Source: a virus (taxonomy: Duplodnaviria > Caudoviricetes). From it: 42,182 bases of DNA. Positions within the stretch are counted from its first letter, which is position 1; each line of letters opens with the position of its first letter. A program made the translations under genes and the position numbers. The DNA lies in IMG/VR virus record IMGVR_UViG_3300043618_000036, positions 1-42,182 of that record; one strand, 5' to 3'. This document shows, one piece after another, positions 1 to 11,892 of the stretch. The notes under the pieces were generated by a model that was not told where the DNA came from, ran no database searches, and worked only from the letters and a program-made list of their open reading frames with translations.

Positions 1-1104
1 ATGGACACCGACCGGATAGCCCAGCGATTCCCGCTGGTCGCACGTCCGCGCCCCGCGTGTCCCACGCTCGCGGCACGAATCCGGGAAGTCAGCACACTGG
101 CTGAGGCCGCCCACCACGGTGGCGGCCTCAGCTCTGCCGTCACAGCCCTGAACCGGGCAGCTCTCATCGCAAGCGACTGTGGGCTGCCCGGCCTGGCACG
201 TGACCTGTGCTGGCGTCACGCCGAACTCCACCTGAACGTTGGCACCTTGAGTGAGCAGCGAGCGAGGTACGCCCTCGAACCGCTGATCAACCTCGCCCGC
301 CTGCGCCTACGCGCCGGAGACGGAAGCGGCGCCCACCGACTACTCACCGACCTGACCCATGCGGTCAGAAACAAGGCTGAAGCGAGCATCGACGGTCGGA
401 CTCTGGCATTCCAAGACCTGACCGCGACACCGGAAGACCACCAGGCTGTATGTCAGTGGCTCTGGACCGTCCTCCTGGGCGACGGCACGCGCGCTCTCAT
501 CGCAGCACACCAATGGGGCCAAGCCCGAGAGCACGTCATTCAACACAAGGGAGTCGGCCGACGACTCCTCGACGGCCGCCAAGTCGTAATCGTCAGCCAC
601 TGCCTCAACGACGACACCGCGGCCGCACAGCGGACGCTGGACGAGAGCACGCTCAACGAACCTTGGGAGGCACCGGTCGCCGCACTTCTGGCGACGCTGT
701 GCCTCAGGACGGCGGGAAAGCCCGCCAGGGACGCAGAAGACAGGATGGAGGGCCAGTACCTGGCCCTCGAAGGAGACCCGGACCTTGCCGTGTTCCGTGC
801 CCGCGTAGGGCTCGCCGCGCTCAACCTCTCCCGCCTCCACCGCGGCGAGGTCGCCCGACGCCTCGTGAACGACGCCATCCGCTCCCAGGACGGATACGTA
901 GCCAGAGACGTCCTCACCAACACCACATGCTGCCAAGAGATGACCACCCAGGAGCAGCAACAGTTAAACACCATGGTGAGCGCGGCGGGCCTCGACAAAC
1001 ACAGCATCCCCCCAGGGCTCGAAGCCACTCTCCTGAGTGCCTTCCACCACGGCGCGCTCGCCATGCTGGAACAGCATTCGACCGCAGTGCGGCCAGCCGA
1101 CTGA
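1..1104 (+). CDS. Hypothetical helical protein (367 aa), actinobacterial; contains an in-frame TTA codon at 964-966
   Basis: Long ORF with coding-like GC3 bias; converges on the holin; no recognisable catalytic motif. Confidence 0.75.
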   Translation: MDTDRIAQRFPLVARPRPACPTLAARIREVSTLAEAAHHGGGLSSAVTALNRAALIASDCGLPGLARDLCWRHAELHLNVGTLSEQRARYALEPLINLARLRLRAGDGSGAHRLLTDLTHAVRNKAEASIDGRTLAFQDLTATPEDHQAVCQWLWTVLLGDGTRALIAAHQWGQAREHVIQHKGVGRRLLDGRQVVIVSHCLNDDTAAAQRTLDESTLNEPWEAPVAALLATLCLRTAGKPARDAEDRMEGQYLALEGDPDLAVFRARVGLAALNLSRLHRGEVARRLVNDAIRSQDGYVARDVLTNTTCCQEMTTQEQQQLNTMVSAAGLDKHSIPPGLEATLLSAFHHGALAMLEQHSTAVRPAD

Positions 1105-1126
1105 TCTCGCTTCAATGGCGCTGGGG

Positions 1127-1175
1127 CACCGCCTCACGTGAGGCGGTGGGTGACACCGACTCACGTGAGGCGGTG
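1127..1175. repeat. Two tandem 22-bp palindromes CACCGMCTCACGTGAGGCGGTG (1127-1148 perfect; 1154-1175 one mismatch), parS-like
   Basis: Read directly; a third copy lies at 3030-3051. Confidence 0.85.
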
Positions 1176-1220
1176 GCACCCCGGCTACGTCGGAGCACCG
1201 GTACCTCAAGCCCGCCCAGA

Positions 1221-1286
1221 GAGCAGGCCGGCACGTTCCGGCCTGCTCCCCATCAAAGCGGGATCACCGGGGAACGTTCCCCGGTG
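1221..1286. terminator. Two hairpins between convergent genes (1221-1248, 11-bp stem; 1265-1286, perfect 22-bp palindrome), probable terminators
   Basis: gagcaggccgg-cacgtt-ccggcctgctc and caccggggaacgttccccggtg. Confidence 0.6.
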
Positions 1287-1289
1287 GGG

Positions 1290-1562
1290 TCACTCGCGGA
1301 GCGCGGTGGGCTCTGCCGGTGCGGCGTGATCAGCAAAGGGCGCGGACACAGGATCGCTGCGGTAGAGCCAGTCCGGGAGCAGCTGGTGCACAACAGGAAG
1401 TGCCATCACACGGGTGATGCCCGCCGCGACCGCGATAGCGACAGCCACACCGGCGGTGGACTGCGGAATCCCAGATGCGTCGATGATCAGCGGCAGACCG
1501 GCGGCGAGACCCAGGAAGGTCTGGAGGCCGGTGCGCAGGGTTCTCTGGTTGGCGTCGGACAT
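1290..1562 (-). CDS. Holin (90 aa, two hydrophobic segments)
   Basis: MSDANQRTLRTGLQTFLGLAAGLPLII...; GGAGG RBS; directly downstream of the endolysin. Confidence 0.8.
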   Translation of the reverse strand: MSDANQRTLRTGLQTFLGLAAGLPLIIDASGIPQSTAGVAVAIAVAAGITRVMALPVVHQLLPDWLYRSDPVSAPFADHAAPAEPTALRE

Positions 1563-1573
1563 GAAGGTGCCTC

Positions 1574-2332
1574 CTACTTCGCGGGGATCTTGAGGGTCTG
1601 GCCCGGGTGGATGGTGAACGGCTTGCTGATGTTGTTCTCGCGGGCGATCGCCTGCCAGTTCACGCCGAGGCGTATGCCGATCCCGGACAGAGTGTCGCCA
1701 CCGCGCACCGTGTACGTCGAGGAACCGGAAGCGCCCGGCTTGCCCTTGAGGCGGGCGGCGACGCGCTGCCGCAGGCCGCTCATCGTGAAGCCCCGCGGAT
1801 CGACCTTCCCCGGCTGCCACTCCAGGTGACCGATCACGCTCGCCGCACCCCAGCCGTGAGCACGGCACAGAGCAGCGGAAACACGCTCGATCGCATCCAG
1901 CTGAGCAGCGGTCCAGGGGTCCTGGCCGTCGCCGAGGTTCTCGCACTCCCACCCGTAGAAGTGCGGGTTGCCGTCCTTGTCGGCCTTCGCCGCACGCGGC
2001 AGCGCCTTCTCCGCGATGACCGCCTGGAGGACGGCACTGTCGCCCTTGCCCGCATGGTTCGCACGGCCGTGACCGATCAGGTAGACCGTGCCGTCCTTCG
2101 CGATCACCCCATGACACAGCGGTCCCGGCAGCCCCGAATAGCCGTTCTCGCAGATGCTGACCGTGCTGTTCGTTCCTGAAGTGACCGTGTGGTGGATCAT
2201 CACCCCGTGCGTCGGACCCCATGGGCCCTTCGTGTTGCGGTTGTGGGTTCGCCAGCCGGGCCGCTCGATCACGCGGACGCCTTCGGCCTGAAGTGCTGCG
2301 ACCAGACGGTCGGCAGACAGTGGGGTAGCCAC
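1574..2332 (-). CDS. Endolysin: N-acetylmuramoyl-L-alanine amidase with C-terminal LysM
   Basis: VMIHHT, ANHAG, GWECEN and VIGHLEW amidase motifs; YTVRGGDTLSGI...IHPGQTLKIP LysM. Confidence 0.93.
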   Translation of the reverse strand: MATPLSADRLVAALQAEGVRVIERPGWRTHNRNTKGPWGPTHGVMIHHTVTSGTNSTVSICENGYSGLPGPLCHGVIAKDGTVYLIGHGRANHAGKGDSAVLQAVIAEKALPRAAKADKDGNPHFYGWECENLGDGQDPWTAAQLDAIERVSAALCRAHGWGAASVIGHLEWQPGKVDPRGFTMSGLRQRVAARLKGKPGASGSSTYTVRGGDTLSGIGIRLGVNWQAIARENNISKPFTIHPGQTLKIPAK

Positions 2333-2390
2333 TGGTGGTACTCGAATCTCCCCGCGCCCAAGTCCCGGTACTGCGTCCTGCTGGTGCGAC

Positions 2391-2750
2391 CTACCGGGCG
2401 GTGCCCGCCGAGAGCAGCCACAGCTGCAATGCCATCAACAGGAGAGGCGCCACGAACGAGCTGATCACCAACCGGCGCGTAGCCGCCGCCGCGGCCTGAT
2501 CCTCGCGCCGCTGGCCCTCGCCGCGCTCGGTGATCTGGTCATGCTCGCTCCGCAGGCCGGCGAGACCAGCCTCGACCTGCCCGATGCGCTGCTCGGTGGC
2601 CCGCTGATCGGCTCGGTAGACGTCCTGCGTCACCACCTGGTCCAGGCGGGCGGCGAGCTGGGCGAGGTCGCCCCGCAGGTCCTCGCGGAGTTGCGAGACG
2701 GCGCGGTGCAGTTCCCACAGGGTGGGCTCGGCGCTCGGCGGCACAGACAC
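2391..2750 (-). CDS. Lysis-module membrane protein (coiled coil plus C-terminal TM helix, 119 aa)
   Basis: GTG start after GGAGG; EPTLWELHR...; hydrophobic C-terminus; upstream of the endolysin. Confidence 0.7.
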   Translation of the reverse strand: MSVPPSAEPTLWELHRAVSQLREDLRGDLAQLAARLDQVVTQDVYRADQRATEQRIGQVEAGLAGLRSEHDQITERGEGQRREDQAAAAATRRLVISSFVAPLLLMALQLWLLSAGTAR

Positions 2751-2765
2751 CGCGGTCCTCCAACA

Positions 2766-2803
2766 GGCCCCACGCCTACGCGTCAGCCTACGAGAGCCAA
2801 GAC
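2766..2803 (-). promoter_or_regulatory. Promoter-like motif TAGGCT-N8-GGCGTGGGGCC upstream of the lysis module
   Basis: Aligns over ~37 bp with 30565-30601. Confidence 0.6.
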
Positions 2804-3029
2804 CTACGGAAATCCGGAGGTGGCAGCTCGAAAGTGCGCGCGCATCCCGGACACCCAGGACGCTTCCCGGGTGGAACCGTTCCACCCGGCGAATCGATGG
2901 AGTGAACGCTCATCGACGAAGGCCGCACCCGAGGCCTGGATGGCTAAGCGAATCAGGGCAGGTGCCAACCCCTTCCAACAAGAAGAACAGAACCACCTTT
3001 AAACCGGGGGGAGAGAGCTAGGGTGTAGG

Positions 3030-3051
3030 CACCGACTCACGTGAGGCGGTG
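3030..3051. repeat. Third copy of the 22-bp parS-like palindrome
   Basis: Identical to 1154-1175; 3028-3053 matches 1125-1150 at 25/26. Confidence 0.85.
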
Positions 3052-3334
3052 GGGACGAGTCGCATGAGACGACGCGTATAACTTGCCGCTGAACGATCGA
3101 CATCTTTGGTCGTGAAAGAAGCGGCGATGATCGCGCTGAAAGTACGACTCGCGGATGCAGAGAGGCGGAGGTTGGAGTGTGAGCCTGCTGCCTCTGGATA
3201 CGTCGATACGATGCTCGAACGCATGACTGAAGTCGCTGAGGAAAGATAGCCGCAGGGCCACCCCCAACTACGTCCAGGTGAATGGCCCCGCCCAGCACGC
3301 GCTGAGCGAGGCCCCAAGGGGCGATCACCAGACC

Positions 3335-3373
3335 GCTGGCGACCACGGTGTTACCGTCACCGTGGTCGCCAGC
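3335..3373 (-). terminator. 16-bp stem hairpin immediately after the 38-aa peptide gene
   Basis: gctggcgaccacggtg-ttaccgt-caccgtggtcgccagc. Confidence 0.75.
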
Positions 3374-3489
3374 TACAGCAGGAGGTCCGCGATCTTGCTG
3401 GCCAGTGCGGAGGCGAATGCCGCCGCACCGATAAACGCCAGTTCGCGGAATCCCCGCTTCCGGAACAGCTCCCTGATGCGCTTGCCCAT
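3373..3489 (-). CDS. Small cationic/hydrophobic peptide (38 aa)
   Basis: MGKRIRELFRKRGFRELAFIGAAAFASALASKIADLLL; GAGAGGAG RBS; own terminator. Confidence 0.6.
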   Translation of the reverse strand: MGKRIRELFRKRGFRELAFIGAAAFASALASKIADLLL

Positions 3490-3711
3490 GATGCTCCTCT
3501 CGGCTCGGCGCCGACTGCGCCGAGGCACAACGGAGAGAGAGGGCATCCTGTGCAGACGCACACCTGAACCCTACGGGTAGCCAAGGGGGTAGAGAACAGC
3601 TTTCGGCATTCCTGGCGCACCAAATCTCGGGAAGGTGCGCACGCGGTGCAGGCCGGAATTGCTTAAGTGGTTTTAATCGTGCACTTCTGGAAGGGGGCGG
3701 CCTAGTGCCTT

Positions 3712-3841
3712 CTATCGCCCGTCGATCAGGTGCTCGGCAAGAAACGGCGAAAACGTCCCGGCGGGCACGTCCGGTGCGGTGCCGCACATGCCATCCGAGT
3801 CGCCCGGCACCTTGATCCACAGCAGGTACTCAGCGCCGCCC
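3712..3841 (-). pseudogene. Orphan 3' end of a second GH6 cellulase allele
   Basis: Encodes GGAEYLLWIKVPGDSDGMCGTAPDVPAGTFSPFLAEHLIDGR*, nearly identical to the C-terminus of 7096-8427; DNA differences mostly at third codon positions. Confidence 0.88.
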
Positions 3842-3853
3842 AGCAGAGGTGAC

Positions 3854-4153
3854 CTATCCGTGGTGTTCGCGGACCGCGTCGCGGATCCCGCGCAACTCTG
3901 CGGGGGTCATCGGGCCGCAGATCACGTTGATGCCCTCCGTGCGCATTTCCCGCAAGACTCCGAGGGCCTCCACCTCCTCCATCACCTGGTCGCAAGCTGC
4001 CTCCGAGGTGACGCCGGAGGTCGAAGCCCCCATGTAGGCGCCCAGCTCGGCACGGCCGTCGGGGTCGAGCAGCACCCGGGTATCCGCGCGCACAGCGGCG
4101 TCAGCGAAAAAGGCTTCCGCCTCAGGGCAGGTGTGCCCCGACGGCGCAGAAGC
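3854..4153 (-). pseudogene. Hypothetical ORF interrupted by the geosmin cassette; its 5' part probably lies at 7024-7090
   Basis: Removing 4154-7029 gives an open frame ...IIDKCSLYFAAAS-APSGHTCPEAEAFF...VREHHG*; no clear start codon found. Confidence 0.45.
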
Positions 4154-7023
<2,870 letters not shown>

Positions 7024-7095
7024 AGAAGCGGCGGCGAAGTACAGAGAGCATTTGTCGATAATGCCACGCAGCCGACAGTGCTTCCGTGGAGGTAG

Positions 7096-8427
7096 TCAGC
7101 CGCCGTCGATCAGCCGTTCCGCGAGGAACGGCGAGAACGTGCCCGCTGGCACGTCCGGGGCGGTGCCGCACATGCCATCCGAGTCCCCTGGCACCTTGAT
7201 CCACAGAAGGTACTCGGCGCCGCCCACCCCGATACTGCTGGGCACGCCGAGGCGCCTCCCGCCCGGGTTGCAGTAGTCGACGTGCTGCCCAGCCCCGTCC
7301 ATCGCGCCGTTCCCGTTGCGGGACGTGTCGATCACGAACCGCACCCCAGGAACGCCGATCCCGGCCAGGGCCTGGGAGACCTGCGTGCCGTACGTCGCGC
7401 TGATGTCGGTGGAGTCGAAGTTCGAGACCCCCACCGCGAAGCCCTTCGTCGCAGCGACTCCGGCAGCGGCCAGCCGGGTTGCCATCTCCTGCGGCTTGAT
7501 CCATGTGGCGTTGCCGCCGTCGAGGTAGGCCCGTACGTGCGGCAGCTTCCCGAGGGCCTGGGCGGCGTAGTCGATCAGACCCAGCCGTTCGGCTCGTGCA
7601 GCGTCGTCCCGCAGCCCTTGGATCTGCGCGAGCGCATCCGGTTCGACGATCACCAGGGCTGGGCGGTCTCCGATGCCGGCGGCCACCGCATCCACCCACG
7701 TTCGGTACAGCTCTGCGGACTTCGCGCCGCCGTGACTTTCTCCGCCGTTGTCGCGATTGAACACGTTGTAGACGGCGAGGATCGGCAGCAGCCCGGCCGC
7801 AGCAGCATCGGTCACGTACGTGTCGACGTCCGCGTTGACATCCTTGTTCCAGTCGCCGAACCACTTCGCCGTCGGCCGCCGCACCAGCCCCCGGGTGATC
7901 TTCCCTGCGCGAGGGTCTTTGGGGTTCTCGCGCACCCACTTCGCCGCGTTCGAGTCCCCGTCGACGAAGAAACCTTCCCTGGGGGTCGAGCACGTCAGGC
8001 GGACTTCGGTCAGGTACACGGTGACGCTGGTGCCCTGCCCAATCTGGAAACTCACCTGCCCCTTCTCGGCGTCGAGTTCGGAGGTGAACGAGTAGTAGAA
8101 GTGCTTGTCGACCGCCGACAGCGTCACCGTCTTGTCGAGGGTGACCGTCCACGGGTCCGCACCCAGCCCCACCTGTGCTCGCAGCAAGGTGCCCGGCTGG
8201 CTGGCCCGAGCGGTGAACGAGAACGTGTAGGTGCAGCCCTTCCGCAGCACGATGCCGTCCTGTCCGAAGGGGGCGTCCCACAGGTTCACCGCATCGGTGG
8301 TCGCGGTGGCCTCCGCCCCGGTTCCTGGGGCTGCGAGGGCGACCATGGCGGGATCACCCGCCCACCAACCGGTGGTTCCGTTGGTGAAGTTGGAGTTGGA
8401 AACGAGATCCGTGTACACGGTGGCCAT
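7096..8427 (-). CDS. CBM4/9-like domain plus GH6 cellulase, no signal peptide (443 aa)
   Basis: YNVFNRD, VEPDAL, YLDGGN..W, IDTSRNGNG, CNPGGR.LG and WIKVPGDSDG GH6 motifs; LVSNSNF..GTTGWW CBM start; begins 21 bp after the tail fibre stop. Confidence 0.9.
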   Translation of the reverse strand: MATVYTDLVSNSNFTNGTTGWWAGDPAMVALAAPGTGAEATATTDAVNLWDAPFGQDGIVLRKGCTYTFSFTARASQPGTLLRAQVGLGADPWTVTLDKTVTLSAVDKHFYYSFTSELDAEKGQVSFQIGQGTSVTVYLTEVRLTCSTPREGFFVDGDSNAAKWVRENPKDPRAGKITRGLVRRPTAKWFGDWNKDVNADVDTYVTDAAAAGLLPILAVYNVFNRDNGGESHGGAKSAELYRTWVDAVAAGIGDRPALVIVEPDALAQIQGLRDDAARAERLGLIDYAAQALGKLPHVRAYLDGGNATWIKPQEMATRLAAAGVAATKGFAVGVSNFDSTDISATYGTQVSQALAGIGVPGVRFVIDTSRNGNGAMDGAGQHVDYCNPGGRRLGVPSSIGVGGAEYLLWIKVPGDSDGMCGTAPDVPAGTFSPFLAERLIDGG

Positions 8428-8448
8428 CAGTTGCTCTGCTCTCTTGGG

Positions 8449-11400
8449 TTACTTGACGTAGGAGACGCGCAGCTGCGGCGGGTGAGCGGAGCCCACACCG
8501 TCGAACTTGCCGTAGAACGTCCGGTTGGTGGTGTTGGGGTCCAGGGAGATCCCCCGGAGCGTCTTCGGGTCGAAGATCGACGTGATGTCGACCCATTTCC
8601 CGCTGGATCGAGCCCAGTTGCCGACCGTCTTCGCCGCGCCCTGGGTGGCGAACTTCGTGGGACGGGAACCGTGCGTGTGGGTCTTGATGACAGCTGTGCC
8701 ACCGGATGCGAAGTACCAGTGGTTCGCGTACAGGTACACCTCCGCCTTGAGGATTTGCGCCCCAGCCAGGTCAGCGGCGATGCTCCCGGCGAACCCGGCC
8801 AGGGAGGCTTGCACGCCGTTGTTCGTGGAGTAGAAGCCGGCGGCCAGGGCGTTGCCGTGGTAGGCGTTGAACCCGGCCCGGTTCGCGTAACTCCCGGACC
8901 AGGCAGCCTTGTAGGTGCGGGTCATCTTCACCGGGGAGTCCGGCACGACTGCACCACCGGTGTTGTACGCCCCGGTCTCCGGAACCCGCTCGCCGACGTC
9001 TTCCACCGTCAGGTGCCCCAGACGCCCTGAGGCTCCGGACAGGGTGATCTGCTGACCGGCAGGGGCCCCGCTGTCGGACGTGAACGTGAGCAGCAGCCGG
9101 TTGCGGCCCGGCCTCACGTAGTCCGTCTGCCCGCAGTGGCTGATCAGCCGCAGCTCTGCCTGCCGCCGGGTCGTCTGCACCAGCGGGAAGCGGGCTTCCT
9201 GGATCTGCGGGGACGAGATCAGCGGGGCACCCTCGTACCCGGTCCGCAGACGCAGCACGAGCGAACCGCCCGGTGCCGAGCACTCGGCGGACCCGGTGAA
9301 CTCGATCCGGTACATGCGATCCGGGGAGGCGTCGAAGGCCAGCTCCACGTACCCCATCTCGGTGCCCGTGGTCGTCTTGATGGGGGTCGCCATCCAGTCG
9401 ACCGCAACCACCCCGCGGGGCCCGTTGAACAGGGACGTCAGGTCGTCCCCGCCGAGGCTGAGCGTCCCGGCAACGGCAAGGTTCTGGAACGACGCGTCCC
9501 CGGTCGAGCCGATCGCCGCCACCCGCGACTCCCCGTCGCGGAACGTCAGCGCGTTCGGCTGCCCGGACAGCAGCGATACGACCTCGTCGCCGTCGTCGTC
9601 GAACAGGCGCATGCCCCTGGGGCCGATCTCCGCCCGTGCCCCGCCGGTGGCGTCGCCGAAGATGGTGTGCGCCTCCGAGTTGTCGAAGACGCACCACCCA
9701 CGCGTGGCCGCCGACACCTCCAGGCACAGCACCACCCGGGCGGTGCCCTGCGGGGCCGCCACCTGCCCCGTGACGCGCCGCCACTCACCGGCCACGTACT
9801 CGGTGGTCTCCGCTACCCCGTAGCCCAGGATGTTGCCCGCACTATCCTCCCACCGGGCGAGGATCTTCACCGCCTGCGCCACCAGGTCCTGCGACGTGAG
9901 GACATCCACCCCCAGAAACAGCTGGGAGGCAGCCAGGATCGGCGCCGTCGCCAACGGCAGCGTGAAGTACGCCGGGGTATCGGCGGTCGCATCCACCCGC
10001 ACACCCACACCGGTCCGGTTCCCCGGAGCGAACGACCACGCGGCCCCAGCAGCGGCCAGGCTGTTCGCCGTGGCCGCCCCCTCGAACCCGGCGTCCGGGA
10101 TCAAGTTCGTGCCCTGCCCGACAGACAGCTGCTCCGGGGTGACCGACCCCACGGCCAGGTGCTCCGTCTGGATCGCCCCCGCCGCGATCTTCCCGGTCGT
10201 CACCGAGTTCGCCGCGAGCTTGTCCGTCGACACCGACAGGGCTTTCAGCTCCCGCCCGGTCACCGTGTCGGCGGCGATCTTCCCCGCCGACACCGAGTCG
10301 GCAGCCAGCGAACCCGCCTGCACAGCACCCGCCACCAGGTGCCCGGCCTGCACCGACCCGGCCGCGATCGCACCAGCGGTCACCGACCCTGCGGACAAGG
10401 CACTCGCGGTGATGCCCCCCACGGCGATCTGCGCGGCCGTGATCGTGTTCACGGTGATCTCCCGGGCCGACACCGCCCCCGCAGCGATTTTCCCCGCCGT
10501 CACCGCATCAGCGGCCAATGCCGCTGTGGTGACCGCGCCCGATACGAGGTTCGTTCCGTCGACAACCCCTGTCCGCAACGCTTCCACGGTCACCAGATCG
10601 ACCTGCATCACAGAGGGTGCGCCCGGTACATCGGCGGAGGCGAAGTTCAACCACAGGTAGGGGCTGATGAACTTGACGTCCTGGTGCACCATGCCGGGGG
10701 CGCGGGCGTCCGGGTTCGGCCCGGCGGACCCTTGCCCGCCGGCCGGGGCACGGTCCTTGAGGTAGCCGACGATCGTCACCCACCCGTCCGCCGCCGTAAT
10801 CGTGCGCCCCGACGCCCCCGCGTAGTAGTGGCCGGACTCCGAGTTCGCACCCTGCCGGTTCACCAGCGTCGTCTTGTCCGCCCCGACGCCGAGGACGCCC
10901 ACGTACACGTTGTCCGGGCCGGTCGGAAGCTGGGCTGTGGCACGGATACGGGCACTGACCCGGTACAGGGTTCCAGGGTCGTACGGGACCAAGGTGTTGC
11001 CTCGCACCCTTATGTGCCCGTTAGCCTGCCCCACCGTCTGCCCGGTCGGGGCATCCGTCACCCCAGCCAAGTGCTCCCATTTGGCGCCGGGCCCGGCCTG
11101 GACGGTCTGCCACGCAGCCGGGTCGCCCATCGCGTCCAGGTACCTCTGCACGGCACTGTCGGAGAGCGCACCACCCAGCGTGTTCAGGTCCACGGCACCG
11201 GCGGCGATCTTGCCCGCTTCGATGGCCTGCTGGCCGATCTTCTCCGCCGTGACCGCCCCAGCCGCGAGGGCGTTCTTGTTGATTGCGGCCACCGCCACCT
11301 TCGCGGCCGTCACCGCGCCCTCGGCGAGCTTCGTTTCGGTGACGATCCCATCCAGGACCTCCTGTGCCACCACCTTCGACGGTTCCACCGGGCCCGCCGT

Positions 11401-11871
11401 GTCGGACGGCGCTGAACCGGCCCCGGACGTGTTGCGCGCAACCAGGCGTACGGACAGCGGGGTTTCGGTGGGGATGAGGCAGGTACCGCCCCGCGGGGAC
11501 TCCCACGTCGTGACCAGCGTTCCCGGCCCCGGCTCGAACTGGCTGGTGGGAGAGGCGTGCACTTCGATGCGGGCGAAGTCCATCGGCAGCCTTGCCCCGC
11601 CCACGAACGTGCCGTCCCAGGTCGCACCCGCGCCGCCCAGCCTGGACACCACCAGGGGCGGGCTGGGCTGCGGCGGGGGCGGCCCGTTCACCGCGATCAC
11701 CCCGTTGGTGCCGTCCGGCTGCTGCCCGACCACCACGCGCAGCGACCCGTCGTCGTCGTACACCTGGAGGGTGCCGCCCTCCACGGAGGCGTTCGCGAGC
11801 TTCGGGGCGCGCACCGAGGCACGCAGCAGCTTCTCCAGGCGTACGAGCCGGGCGCCTATGTCTGTGGGCAA
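8449..11871 (-). CDS. Tail fibre / receptor-binding minor tail protein (1140 aa)
   Basis: Position in tail module; ~10-aa AGAVTAxKIA repeats; CBM-like NLIPDAGFEG domain. Confidence 0.85.
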   Translation of the reverse strand: MPTDIGARLVRLEKLLRASVRAPKLANASVEGGTLQVYDDDGSLRVVVGQQPDGTNGVIAVNGPPPPQPSPPLVVSRLGGAGATWDGTFVGGARLPMDFARIEVHASPTSQFEPGPGTLVTTWESPRGGTCLIPTETPLSVRLVARNTSGAGSAPSDTAGPVEPSKVVAQEVLDGIVTETKLAEGAVTAAKVAVAAINKNALAAGAVTAEKIGQQAIEAGKIAAGAVDLNTLGGALSDSAVQRYLDAMGDPAAWQTVQAGPGAKWEHLAGVTDAPTGQTVGQANGHIRVRGNTLVPYDPGTLYRVSARIRATAQLPTGPDNVYVGVLGVGADKTTLVNRQGANSESGHYYAGASGRTITAADGWVTIVGYLKDRAPAGGQGSAGPNPDARAPGMVHQDVKFISPYLWLNFASADVPGAPSVMQVDLVTVEALRTGVVDGTNLVSGAVTTAALAADAVTAGKIAAGAVSAREITVNTITAAQIAVGGITASALSAGSVTAGAIAAGSVQAGHLVAGAVQAGSLAADSVSAGKIAADTVTGRELKALSVSTDKLAANSVTTGKIAAGAIQTEHLAVGSVTPEQLSVGQGTNLIPDAGFEGAATANSLAAAGAAWSFAPGNRTGVGVRVDATADTPAYFTLPLATAPILAASQLFLGVDVLTSQDLVAQAVKILARWEDSAGNILGYGVAETTEYVAGEWRRVTGQVAAPQGTARVVLCLEVSAATRGWCVFDNSEAHTIFGDATGGARAEIGPRGMRLFDDDGDEVVSLLSGQPNALTFRDGESRVAAIGSTGDASFQNLAVAGTLSLGGDDLTSLFNGPRGVVAVDWMATPIKTTTGTEMGYVELAFDASPDRMYRIEFTGSAECSAPGGSLVLRLRTGYEGAPLISSPQIQEARFPLVQTTRRQAELRLISHCGQTDYVRPGRNRLLLTFTSDSGAPAGQQITLSGASGRLGHLTVEDVGERVPETGAYNTGGAVVPDSPVKMTRTYKAAWSGSYANRAGFNAYHGNALAAGFYSTNNGVQASLAGFAGSIAADLAGAQILKAEVYLYANHWYFASGGTAVIKTHTHGSRPTKFATQGAAKTVGNWARSSGKWVDITSIFDPKTLRGISLDPNTTNRTFYGKFDGVGSAHPPQLRVSYVK

Positions 11872-11892
11872 GAGAGGGGTTCCTTCAGGTGG

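Noticed and set aside
1109-1180. CRISPR array (GCTTCAATGG start and repeated palindromes)
   Set aside because: Only two adjacent copies 5 bp apart, no spacers and no cas genes
1154-3051. Direct repeats as attL/attR of an excisable lysis cassette
   Set aside because: Sites are palindromic and present three times with no recombinase nearby; protein-binding sites fit better
3112-3249. 45-aa lower-GC plus-strand ORF (MKEAAMIALKVRLADAE...)
   Set aside because: No RBS or motif; probably a gene remnant and too weak to call
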